DNA from: Phoronis australis
Taxonomy: Eukaryota; Animalia; Phoronida
DNA: 64,000 nt
Direction: 5' to 3'
NCBI GenBank assembly: GCA_002633005.1
Contig: NMRA01000001.1
Location: 4,690,694 to 4,754,693 of the forward strand
The position numbers were made by a program, and so were the translations under genes. Position 1 is the first letter of the stretch. The number at the start of each line of letters is the position of its first letter. Below, piece by piece: positions 14,001 to 24,095 of this stretch. The notes under the pieces are model-generated. The model was not told the origin of the DNA and did not search any database. It worked only from the letters and a program-made list of their open reading frames with translations.

Positions 14001-17000
14001 TTCTTGGCGTTGTAGTGATTTCATGTTAGGACCTCATTATTTTATTTCTCTTTGGTCCATTTCATGAAACTTTTTCTGTCATATCTTAGATCGAAATCAG
14101 GTGAACTTAAGACCAAAATTTCTGTTTTATGAAATTTCTCAAGACCAAAATTAAGACTGGAAGTTAGCCTGCCACGGAGTAGGTTAAAGATAGGACTTTT
14201 GGTCTCAATGACCAAAATTCAGGACTATGATCACTGTAAATTGTTAAGGAACAAATTCGCGTTGATGTTTCTTCAATCTAATGTCCCTAAACAATGTCAA
14301 ATTGAAGGCTGTCTACTTTCAGTTTGAGTACCGACAAAGGCCATAGAAACAATGCAGTGCAACTTATCGGTACATATGAAATCACTTTTCAGTCATACCA
14401 TGGTCTTCTCAAGCAAACGATTAAGACCCCAATTGTATCCAACATGTATTAAATCCCCGTTTTGAGTTTTGAGACTTGAAACTGTACAAAATTAAATTAC
14501 ATCACATGTCGCTTTAATAAACAGATATATTACTACTACTAAAACTATCTTGGAAAGGATGAAAGTCTTGCTACGATTCCAGAGTGAACCACAGGCTTCC
14601 ATCTGGAAAAACACAGAACATTTATAGCAGCCTCTGGCTTTGCCTTGAATGCTTGTGACGTGTAGGTATATCTGCTGTCATGGCAACCATATGATGATTT
14701 TTTTACATTATGCTACTGGCACTGCTGGTAATTATGGCACACCTTTGGTCACGGTGAAAGTGATTTATTTTAATTCATTTTGTTATGTGCATTTTATGTA
14801 GCTTTTATGTTGTTAAAGATACAGTCAACCAATTTGTTTGCATTAGATGGCTCGACAACCATTTTTACTACTTGTTTCAACACCGGAGCCATGTGCTTTT
14901 AGTTATTGATTTTTACAAACCTATTGCTTTAGCTGCTTGCATTAGGATGTTTAAATACTTCAAAAATTTCCCAGCATGTGGCATGCAGAAGTTACCAGGT
15001 GGCGAGACCGTCTCCTACATGAGTAAGTTCTCCTGAAACTGCCAAACAACATGCGATTGTCATGGAAATCAACAACATTTCATGAGTCTGCCATAAAATA
15101 GTTTGACAAAGAGCCAAGTTACGGAAAAGGGAAGTAGTGGAAATGATGCCCAGTTATCAAGATCAGAAATGTTTGCTTGGCATTGTTTTTGATGCCTGAT
15201 ATTACAAGATAATATGTTTTTTTCATCTGAAATTACCGAATATGGAGATATTGTGACCAAATATCACATAGATAATATGTGTGGTACTGTTGGCTTATGA
15301 AGTAAATGTGGTGTGTGCACTTAGTAAACCGTGGTGATTCCTAAATACCCGTTTACCATGGCTGAGGTAGGAATTCAAGCTTCACAATGCTCCTAAGTTT
15401 CTAGTAGGGGTTACTAAGAGGCTTTGAGCTAAGTTACTGCTTCTAACTTGACTGCCATGAATTGATCTTGACCATCCGGGAAGGCTGAAGAAGAAGAAGA
15501 AGAAGAAGATCTTGACCATCAAAATACCTGGTTACCATGGCAACGATACCCAATTATGCTTAACAACACCCCGAAGTTTCAACAAATGATTTCTCCAAGC
15601 ACTGTCAGCATGATTGCCTGCTTCTAGCATGACTTTGCGCTAAAACCTGGACGGCATAATACTTGGTTATAATGGCCAAAGTGCACAGTTGAACTTGCCC
15701 CCCCCCCCTAGTTTTAAGGGTGGGTCACTGTTATCATTTTGAGCTTGATTGCTTAGTTCTAACACGACTTTGCCATCAAACCTAAAATTGCTTATTTTGA
15801 CTGACTAGTAATAAATATCATTTTGTCTGCATTAATTTGTTTTTTTGTGTTTACTGGAGTCATTCTGAAAATGCCATCTAGTGCATCCTTGGTGAGTTAC
15901 AGATCATCTTTCAGTACAGTTGTATGTATCACGATGACTGGAAGGGGAATTAACATGCCACTATGGCTTCCTAAATGAGCATTTAATAAGGTCTATTGTT
16001 TACAGCATCCCAGTACAACTGAAGCCAGCTGTTCTCGAGGCTGGCATAATCTATGGTGGTGAGAGGGAATGGAACTACTGTTGGAGCCACCTGGTGGCCA
16101 CACACAACCCATCTGATGCCATGTTACTGAGGCGTGCTCTGGCCATGTCCAGTGACTCAAACATTCTTAAAAGGTAAGTCTTCTTAATTGTTGGCAAAAC
16201 ATGGCCACGAACCCATACATTATTAGAAGGTAAGTCCTAGACGATATGTATGTAATGAATGTGTAATTACGTAAGTTTCACTAGATTCCGTAAAACTTTT
16301 GAAGTTATCTACTGGCCATCACAAGCGTTATCCAACTGTGGTCTTGTGACTTGTGATAGTGTCGTGTTACTGTTATTATCCGTTGTTTAAACTTGATATG
16401 TATTGACTGGACCCTAACCCTTACTTAAAATGTTTACTAGAAAGACATGCTTTGGGATTGTTCTATTATTGTCAATATGAGATGCTTTTATGCACAATAG
16501 AGTTGCTGTTTGTCTATTCACCTGTCCACCTATAGGTACCTAAGTTATGCCTTACAACCTGATAAGATCAAGAGTCAAGACGGTGTCTATGTAATTCAGT
16601 ACATAGCAGCCAATCCTGCTGGAAGGACTCTAGCTTGGAACTTCATTAAACAAAATTGGTCAACTCTCTACGCTATGTAAGTTAACTTCGCACTGCTCTC
16701 ATTTTTTATCGGCTAATTAATATTCGTGCTCTTTGGTGCACATCAGCGCTCCATGTTTCTGTTGTCTAATTAGTAATTTGATACATTTTTGTTTGAACAT
16801 TTATTTGTCATTTCACCCCAAGCTGGACATTGCTGATCTTGGCAGTCACGAGTTCCTTAGCACTTAGCATTCACATAAGGCTTGTTGAGATGGACCATGA
16901 TGCTTGAATGTGATGCAAACCCACTAAGATTAGGCAGCCTTTGTTGACTAGTTACTGATTCTAGTTAAATCATGTCTGCCTTATTCACTTTGTGCTGATT

Positions 17001-17846
17001 CAAGTTAAACTGTGTCCGCCTTGTTGACTAGGCACTGATTCAAGTTAAATTATATTAAAACCTTGTTCACTAGGTGCTGATTTGAGGTAAACCATCTCCG
17101 CCTTGTTGACTAGGTACTGATTGATGTTAAATCGTGTCTACCTTTTTCACTAGGTTCTGATTCAAGTTAAATCATGTCGACCTTGTTCACTGGGTGCCGA
17201 TTCAAGTTAAATTATGTCCACCTTGCTTTTAGGTGCCGATTCAAGTTAAATCATGTCCACCTTTTTCGATAGATGCTGATTCAAGTTAAATTATGTCTAC
17301 CTTGTTCACTAGTTACTTATTCAAGGTAAATTATGTCTGCTTTGTTCCAGGTATCGTGACGGCCCGTTTATTTTGGACGACCTCATCAAAGGAGTCATTT
17401 CATTGTTGAGTTCTGACAAACTGTATACAGAGGTAGGACACGATCTTTTCAATACCCAGACATTATCTCTACCAATATGACTTCAATGCCTAATAAATTA
17501 TTTGCTGTTTTGCACAAATGATGTTTTTAAATATTGTTTCAGCAACTTCTCTGCTATGCTGGTAGCTGTGTGGTTACATCAAAACATGAAATAGTACCCT
17601 GGAGGTCATTGCTCTTGCATTTGATAATCAAACTTTTAAGTGAAGTTGGCTAAGTATTATGACAAAGTGGTAATGCTAAGTGATTGGTTTACTTACATTC
17701 AGGTGCAGCAGTTTTTTGACAGCAAACAGTTGTCGAGTCACATGGCTGTACAGCAGGGTCTGGAGCTTATCAAGATACATGCTGACTGGAGGCGGAGTCA
17801 GGTGCCTGTCATACGCAGATGGTTGGAGGGACAGGTCTCAGCTTGA
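1939..17846 (+). CDS. M1 family zinc aminopeptidase (aminopeptidase N / glutamyl aminopeptidase-like), 5'-partial, 14 exons, about 618 codons in window
   Basis: Exons 1939-2093, 2614-2727, 2968-3099, 3522-3653, 4898-5085, 5362-5575, 6668-6723, 9596-9746, 11744-11817, 12542-12646, 16006-16173, 16536-16676, 17351-17432, 17703-17846 all have GT-AG boundaries and compatible phases. Motifs: GAMEN, HELGH-x18-E (LWLNEGFA), catalytic Tyr (SYDKG), [25 protein letters not shown]-terminal exons lie upstream of the window. Exact paralog not assignable. Confidence 0.93.
2295..2505. repeat. 21-bp minisatellite
   Basis: CTGAACTCTTRCCATGGGCAG, about 10 copies. Confidence 0.88.
2614..2727 (+). CDS. Aminopeptidase exon with third zinc ligand
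   Basis: [38 protein letters not shown]. Confidence 0.95.
2968..3099 (+). CDS. Aminopeptidase exon with catalytic Tyr
   Basis: [44 protein letters not shown]. Confidence 0.93.
3522..3653 (+). CDS. Aminopeptidase exon
   Basis: [44 protein letters not shown]. Confidence 0.93.
3941..4420. repeat. 17-bp minisatellite with higher-order structure
   Basis: TTCACATAACTACTGTT / TTCACATAATCACGGTG / TTCACATAACTACCATA variants. Confidence 0.93.
4898..5085 (+). CDS. Aminopeptidase exon
   Basis: [30 protein letters not shown]...SPYPG. Confidence 0.92.
5362..5575 (+). CDS. Aminopeptidase exon
   Basis: [10 protein letters not shown]...[33 protein letters not shown]. Confidence 0.92.
6668..6723 (+). CDS. 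Aminopeptidase exon (56 nt)
   Basis: [19 protein letters not shown]. Confidence 0.9.
7620..9032. mobile_element. Tc2/pogo-like (Tc1-mariner superfamily) non-autonomous DNA transposon, 1.4 kb
   Basis: Perfect 25-bp TIR CCGTATTCGCCGTAATAACCGCCCA / TGGGCGGTTATTACGGCGAATACGG, TA on the right flank (left flank reads TT), subterminal TAAGCGCCC motifs, CpG-rich, no transposase ORF. Confidence 0.85.
9596..9746 (+). CDS. Aminopeptidase exon
   Basis: [25 protein letters not shown]...LKDLCE. Confidence 0.9.
9760..10200. repeat. 55-bp tandem repeat starting just after an exon donor
   Basis: CTAGTTAAAGTTGTGGATGTCATCTACTGCAAATCTTCCTCTATTAGTCATCATG, about 8 copies. Confidence 0.93.
10412..11618. mobile_element. 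Probable non-autonomous DNA transposon
   Basis: Imperfect TIR ACAGACTATAGTACATGGACC / GGTCCACTGTATATAGACTTGT around a CpG-rich interior; boundaries approximate. Confidence 0.45.
11744..11817 (+). CDS. Aminopeptidase exon
   Basis: [25 protein letters not shown]; phase fits both neighbours. Confidence 0.87.
11865..12010. repeat. Degenerate tandem repeat of about 33 bp
   Basis: TAGCCAGTAATAAGGCCTTAGAGAAAACAGTAT-like units. Confidence 0.75.
12542..12646 (+). CDS. Aminopeptidase exon
   Basis: [34 protein letters not shown]. Confidence 0.87.
14054..14460. mobile_element. Partial copy of the MITE family at 20931-22003
   Basis: Shares CCATTTCATGAAAC, AACTTAAGACCAAAAT, GTTAGCCTGC..GGAGTAGG and other blocks in colinear order. 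Confidence 0.7.
16006..16173 (+). CDS. Aminopeptidase exon
   Basis: [26 protein letters not shown]...[13 protein letters not shown]. Confidence 0.9.
16536..16676 (+). CDS. Aminopeptidase exon
   Basis: [46 protein letters not shown]. Confidence 0.92.
16938..17358 (+). repeat. 40-bp tandem repeat ending in the exon 17351 acceptor
   Basis: CCTTGTTCACTAG|GTGCTGATTCAAGTTAAATCATGTCTA, about 11 copies. Confidence 0.9.
17351..17432 (+). CDS. Aminopeptidase exon
   Basis: [27 protein letters not shown]. Confidence 0.87.
17703..17846 (+). CDS. Aminopeptidase last coding exon
   Basis: [47 protein letters not shown]. Confidence 0.9.
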   Translation: MQQFFDSKQLSSHMAVQQGLELIKIHADWRRSQVPVIRRWLEGQVSA

Positions 17847-18982
17847 GTACTACATTGTAAAGATGTGATGGGGGGGGAGGTCCTTGTTTTAACTAGAGGG
17901 GTACTGCTGTAGTTTTAATGAATAATAGGGTTGTGTTGTTTGCATGCTCAGGTGTCTCTTAATTTTTTTTCCATTGAGTTGACTTAAATATGCAGACAAC
18001 AAGTGAATGGTGACCTCCATAAAGTTGTTACTGCTGGTTGTGTTGTAACCTTACGAGACGACAAACACTAAAACAAGAGACTAGCCATTTTGTAAACCAG
18101 GCTGAAACCACATTGTATTCCCAGAACTTGTCGCAAATCACTTCATTGGCTGATCAAGCTTCAACAATTCTTTCTGTGGAAAGAGAAGATTCAACATAAA
18201 ACTAAGCTATAAGAACGACTGAATTACATAATGACTGCTAATTATTACAAATAGTTACTGTAAAATATTAGACATTGATCCAATGGCCATTTTACCAAGG
18301 TAAGTTTTTAAATTTTTAATCCAAATTATTCATCAAAATGATTGCTAAGCTAAATTTGAACGTTCAAGTAAAAGGATATTATTCTCAAGTCTGTATAATG
18401 TGTAGATACTGTAAAGTTTGAAGCAAAGTTTCACTATAGTTGGTTCATTTTTCATGTTACACTGGCATGATTGAAAAATGCAAAGTGGTGCCAGTTGAGC
18501 TATGGTCTCGGCATGTCCAGCTTCAACAATATAAAATGGGAACAATTAAGGTAGGAGAATTTCACAGACAGTGCTTGTTATTAAAATAATGTAATTTCAG
18601 GAAAATGTATTTTGTCAAAAATGAGTTTCTCACCAAATGGCTTTTTTAATGTTCATGCATAATGTTGCATTATTCATTTGGGAACAATGTCTTCTGAAGC
18701 ATTTTGACAACATCACACTCAGAAGTGGAAGCCATTTCCGTCTGAAATTTCTGTTCTGAATCAGTTGGAACATGTATTAGCATGCCTGCTGTTAGTAAAC
18801 AAACACGCACTTAAAACTTTCCAGTGTAACGTGCAGGTATAATATGTGCCATGCATGTGCGGAAAGTCATTTTTTTTCAAACTACTTAAAGTTTGTGACT
18901 GTTAAGTTGTGCAATCAAAGTTCTGCTTAATGGTTTTCATTCTGTAGTTTTGTATGGTGGTATCTGTTATTGATAGTGCTAA

Positions 18983-19543
18983 GGGCTGTTCCAGTAAAAT
19001 CTGTATGGGAGGGCGGGAAGGCACTTTTTTTCGCACTCACCACCTATGTTTTTCATTTATTTCTTCAGCCCACCACCTGTAATTTTTTATAAGTTTGAAA
19101 TGCAACCACCCATAATTTTGTTTTTGTTGTTCTTGTTGTTGACTGCACAAGTGCTTGAGTTTATTTGTTCCTGGATCACCACTGACGTCATTCATTACTA
19201 AGAAAACATATGTTTCTTATATATGGTTATTAGCCATCGAAAAAATCGAGCGCCTTTTGTTGACTGGTGTTATGGGCATGTCGATGGGGAGATCGGAGGG
19301 AGTGAAAAAGTCGAAGCTTTTTGCAAGTTGCGTTTTAGTTTTAGTAATAGTTGATTCTGTGCGGATTGTTTATAAAACTTACTGAAATTACCCACCATCA
19401 AACATTTATGGGACGACTTGTAAATTTTTATTTTTTTGAAGTTCGACCACCAGCCATTTTGAATTTAAATCAAACTTAATCACCCATAAATTTTTATTTC
19501 AATTATCTTCCCCCCTTCCACACGGATTTTACTGGAACAGCCC
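18983..19543. mobile_element. PIF/Harbinger-type MITE
   Basis: TIR GGGCTGTTCCAGTAAAATC / GATTTTACTGGAACAGCCC with 3-bp TSD TAA. Confidence 0.88.
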
Positions 19544-20764
19544 TAATGTAACTTGAAGAAAGTGGTCGATATTATACTGGGGCCTCAGCCTGAGGGCCAG
19601 GTCGCTGTATAGCAGTGACATGCTTGTGTGTGCTGTGATGTTTTATTCTAAACTTATTGTGCGTAGTCCCACAGAATTGTAGGACAATGATCTGATTTGT
19701 TGTTGTCATATCTAAATAGTATGGGTAATTAATATTCTTGAGACTTGTGCTTGACAGTTAAAACTGCTCAAGTGATGACAAGACTATAATTTGTAAATAA
19801 TTAGTCTTCAGAATTGAAGTGAAAGCTTGTCAACTATTTATTGTCATATTCGTGATGTATTCTAGTGTGTAACAATACTTTGTCCTGTTGATAGTCTACA
19901 ACTTTTAGTGTCATAAAAGCCCTGTTGTAAACTCGAATTTTATGAAAGAAACTGACCTTTGATATTGGGTACTTAGCACTCAGGTAAAGAGTGGCTTCTG
20001 GACATAGATTGAAAGAAATGTTACACTTTTACAAAAGGGTTATCAAAAACAGGACTGAAGTGATTTTCATGAAAAAATTCTAATTGTATGAAATTAAGAA
20101 TTTAATTTCTACAGGATTTCTTTCAGGAACTTTATACGTTTACTTTATATTTAAAATCTAGTTTTGTAAATATTTGGCTAATTGTGAAACTTGTCACTAA
20201 GGTCCTTCATAACCTAAAACTACATTTCTTCGATATTTAACTGCCTGAATGAATGAATTCAATATTCCTTACCTTGATATGACTTTATTTCCTTTGCTAA
20301 CACCAAAACTATTGATAACTGGAAAAGAGGCTTCAGTATATTGGGGGTGTACATGCCACCCAACTCATTCAGCAACAATTAGGGTCTTGTAAGTGTGGTA
20401 ATGTTTTTGAATTCCTTCAGTTTAGAATTGAACACTATTGGAAACCCCTTGTAAGTGATCGTCGTTTTACAAAGATGTGCTCACAGTGCAATACTCGCAA
20501 CTTCCTAGGGACAGTCGCATGATGGTAATGACTCTGATGCAGGAACTACTGAAAGTATAGAATGATGTAGTCCTGCTATTTGGTTCTCCAAGAAACTTGG
20601 AAAAAGTGGTTACCGGGCAGTTGTAATATGTAGAACTGTTAAGATCAGCCATATTGTACTGCAATATTAATGTGATTAGAAAACATCAGGTGAGTTTTTG
20701 TTGTACGTTCTGTTGTTTAACTCTGTTGTGTTACAGAATGCCTATTAATATCGTTGCAACTGTA

Positions 20765-20813
20765 AATAAAAATGTGACGTGAATTTCTATACTTATTTGA
20801 ATAAAGCTTTATT
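20765..20813. terminator. Poly(A) signal cluster (AATAAA at 20765 and 20800 on +; AATAAA at 20813-20808 on -)
   Basis: Two + strand AATAAA followed by a U/GU-rich stretch; the second is part of the palindrome AATAAAGCTTTATT. Confidence 0.5.
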
Positions 20814-20930
20814 TTCTTGACTGTGTATTGAAAGCCAATCCTGTTGCGTGTGAAAGCTCCAGACAAAAGAACAACCTCAGAGTACGATCCGTTTTATTGG
20901 GACACCCATACTCTGTATCAGCTGATCCTG

Positions 20931-22003
20931 GGTCCCATTTCATGAAACTGTTCTGCCTAAACTCTGACCGAATTTGGGTTAACTTAAGACCAAAATGTCT
21001 TTGCCACTTTTCATGTGAAATATGCCTAAGCCAAGACTGAAGGTTAGCCTGCTATGGAGTAGGCTAAAGGTTGGACTTTTGGGTCTAAATGACCAAAATT
21101 TAGTGCTTTCACCACTGTAAACTGTTGAGGGCTGTTCCAGCAAAATCTGTGTGGGAGGGGGGGGGGGGNTTTGATTTAAATTCAAAATGGCTGGTGGTCG
21201 TACTTCAAAAAAATAAAAATTTACAGGTCGTTGTTGTTTCATTGGGCCATAAATGTTTGATGGTGGGTACTTTTAGTAAATTTTATAAACAATCCGCACA
21301 GAATCAAAAACTGAAACAAAAATGCAACTTGCAAAAAGCTCCAACTTTTTCATTCCCTCCGATCTCCTCACTGGCATGTCCATAACACCATTTAACCACA
21401 GGTGCTCAAATTTCTCGATGGCTAATAACCATATATAAGAAACATATGTTTTCTTAGTAATGAATGACGTTAGTGGTGATGGAGGAACAGATAAACTCAA
21501 GCGCCTGTGCAGTCAACCACAAGAACAAAAAAAATTACGGGTGATTGCATTTCAAACTTATAAAAAATTACGGGTGGTAGGCTGAAGAAATAAATGAAAA
21601 ATATGGGTGGTGGGTGCGAAAAAAAGGTGCCTTCCCCCCTCCTATACAGATTTTACTGGAACAGCCCTGAACAAATTTTGTTGATATTTTTCACAATCTA
21701 TTATCCCTAAGCAATGTCAAAATTGAAGCCCGCTTTCAATCCGGGAACTGCCAAGGGTAGTACGACTTACCAACACATACAAAATATTTTCCAGCAAACG
21801 AGATCCCAGTTGTATCAAATATGCTAATACCGCCTCACTCAGATAGCTCACCAATGTCAAAAAGAGATATCAATTTCTGTCTTAAGTTAAGACCGGAACG
21901 ATCTTTTCTGAAATTTCGTGTTTGGTCTTAACTTCGCCTGAATTTCGGTCTTAACTTACTGGACAAATTTTTGGTCTTTAGTCAGTTTTCATGAAATGAG
22001 CAC
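20931..22003. mobile_element. Harbinger-like MITE hosting the nested insertion
   Basis: TIR GGTCCCATTTCATGAAA / TTTCATGAAATGAGCAC, CTG flanks, homologous to 14054-14460. Confidence 0.7.
21129..21667. mobile_element. PIF/Harbinger-type MITE, same family as 18983-19543, opposite orientation, nested
   Basis: Same TIR, TSD TGA; the interior is the reverse complement of the 18983 copy. Confidence 0.88.
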
Positions 22004-23998
22004 CTGGGATCATGACTGTATTAAAATAAAATAATCAAGAAAGCAATATGTTGCAAGAAAAGCCAGTTTCATGACAACCCTGTGTTTTGTTGAACAAATA
22101 GTATCGTAACAAAATAATGACCACGTTTAAAGTTCATTTTTGTTTTTGGCTGTAATATTTCCAAAAAGTGAAATGCAGTAACTGAACTGGTCAGTCTGTT
22201 GTAATGAATAAGCTTTCAGTGTTTGATGTCTTATAATTGGATTGAGACTACATTACAGAATACAAACTTCAGACTATACAAAATGCTCTAAACCAACCTT
22301 AATGGCACCACCTGGCCATGGGTGTGATACAGCACACCTTCACTAACTCGCATACAACACTAGCAGTCACTGAACACTGGCTAACATTCATCACAACCAC
22401 AAACAGTACCAACAGGTGGCACCACATTCTTCACCAGAACAAAATTGCCATCAACATGCAGCTTATGACTTCTAAAACCAGTTTGGTTTTAGAGCAATAT
22501 TTGATTCCCGTAAACTCGAATAAGTAGATAGTTATATTAATATAAAATGCACAAAATAGACACTGCAATGACTTCCTTACCAATTAAATACGTGAACTTG
22601 CTCGCGATACATTCATTGCTGTTAGCTGCTATTTTGTTTGTTTTGATTTTTCACCAGATGTCACTACAAGACAAGCCAGCCAGAAGGCAAACTTGTGCCA
22701 CAGTTTTGATTGATGGGTTGACAACGTACAGATGAGAGTATTCAACAAAGTTATTGCTATTTGTTGCCAGATACAACAGCATATTGCAAACAAAAGTTGC
22801 TATAATATGAACGGTAAAATACTTAAAACTGATCCCTCAGACCTGCTCTACCAATGAGCCTTGGCTTGTTTTGATACAGGCTGGCGTCCACGTCTTGCAT
22901 TAATCTGAATTATTCCACGATTGCTTAATAAAATACAACAAAAGCGACAAGCAGATCAAAAATAAAACAGCACCGAATAAACAGCGCCATGGTAAACAGT
23001 AACTATGGCAACTGTTCGTTAATGCTATATACAAACTAGCAACTTAGGAGTAAGCTAAAATGAGTAGGTAAGCTCGCATGACTTTCCAGCACAGGATGAA
23101 GTCAAACAATGAGACCCTGCAGAGGGACAGTCGGAAACGATTGGTGCAGGATAGATACAAGCAGTGTAGAGATATACAGTCAGCTCCACGCATTGGGTAG
23201 ACTTGCCAGCATATCTATGTGTGTTTACAGCGCCTGTAAGAATACACACGAAAACAGTTAAGTGGCAAAATAGTTGAATGGTAGGCTGTTCATCGTGTTT
23301 AATTTTCATTTTGTCTTTTACAAGTAAGTACATATTAACCATCAGTTTGTGATAAATACTGGCAAAATACACACAAGCAAACTTTCTGACAGTTTTTTCA
23401 GATTCAGTACATGACACTCCAGTGTTATACAAGATTCTTCTATGAACACTATGTGATAAACTTTAGGACTTATTGAAAACAATCCTTGAGCCAGTGTACA
23501 AGAGCCACCGTAGATGGAGAGCTATGTGCCTTGAATAAAGAGGAGCACAGCTCAAACCTGCACCAAAATGAACCGTGAGAATTTCGTCTTTCCAGGTGAG
23601 CCAAATGTCTTGTTCGAATTCTTCCCTCTGGTGAATGTAAATCCTCCTAGTATGATGGAAAAGTGAGGTATGTGCTTTGCCTATTACCTTTGACAGCCAC
23701 TGAATCACCTGACAACAAGTCTCTCTTGCTGGCTCATTGTAATCGTGTGCACTAAATTTATTTGTTTACTAATCAATGAGAATTTTGCTCGCTGTCTGCA
23801 GGTAGCCGCATCAAGACATGAGCTGAGCAATAGTTCACTTGAGGCTGACAGTTGAGCGCGCAGCTTTCAACCTACAGTGACCCTAACAACTCGATGTCCT
23901 TAAGCTCCATGTGAATGATGCTTTAGACAGACCCGCCCCCGCCCCCCCCCAGGTGCACCTCAGGTGTCCACACACACAGGAGACCGAGCCTGCCTTAC

Positions 23999-24095
23999 TT
24001 ACTTCTGATGTCCCACAATGCCTGTTGCACACCTGGTCTCAACGTCCGTCCAGTCACCCTCATTAACCGGATGCTCTTCCTCGTATGACCTCTTC
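23999..24095 (-). CDS. KIF23: KIF23 last or penultimate coding exon
   Basis: [31 protein letters not shown]; the stop overlaps a GTAAGT donor (see findings). Confidence 0.88.

Noticed and set aside
19155-21500. Paired similar ORFs (..TSFITKKTYVSYIWLLAIEK..)
   Set aside because: Chance ORFs within two copies of one MITE; no transposase motifs.
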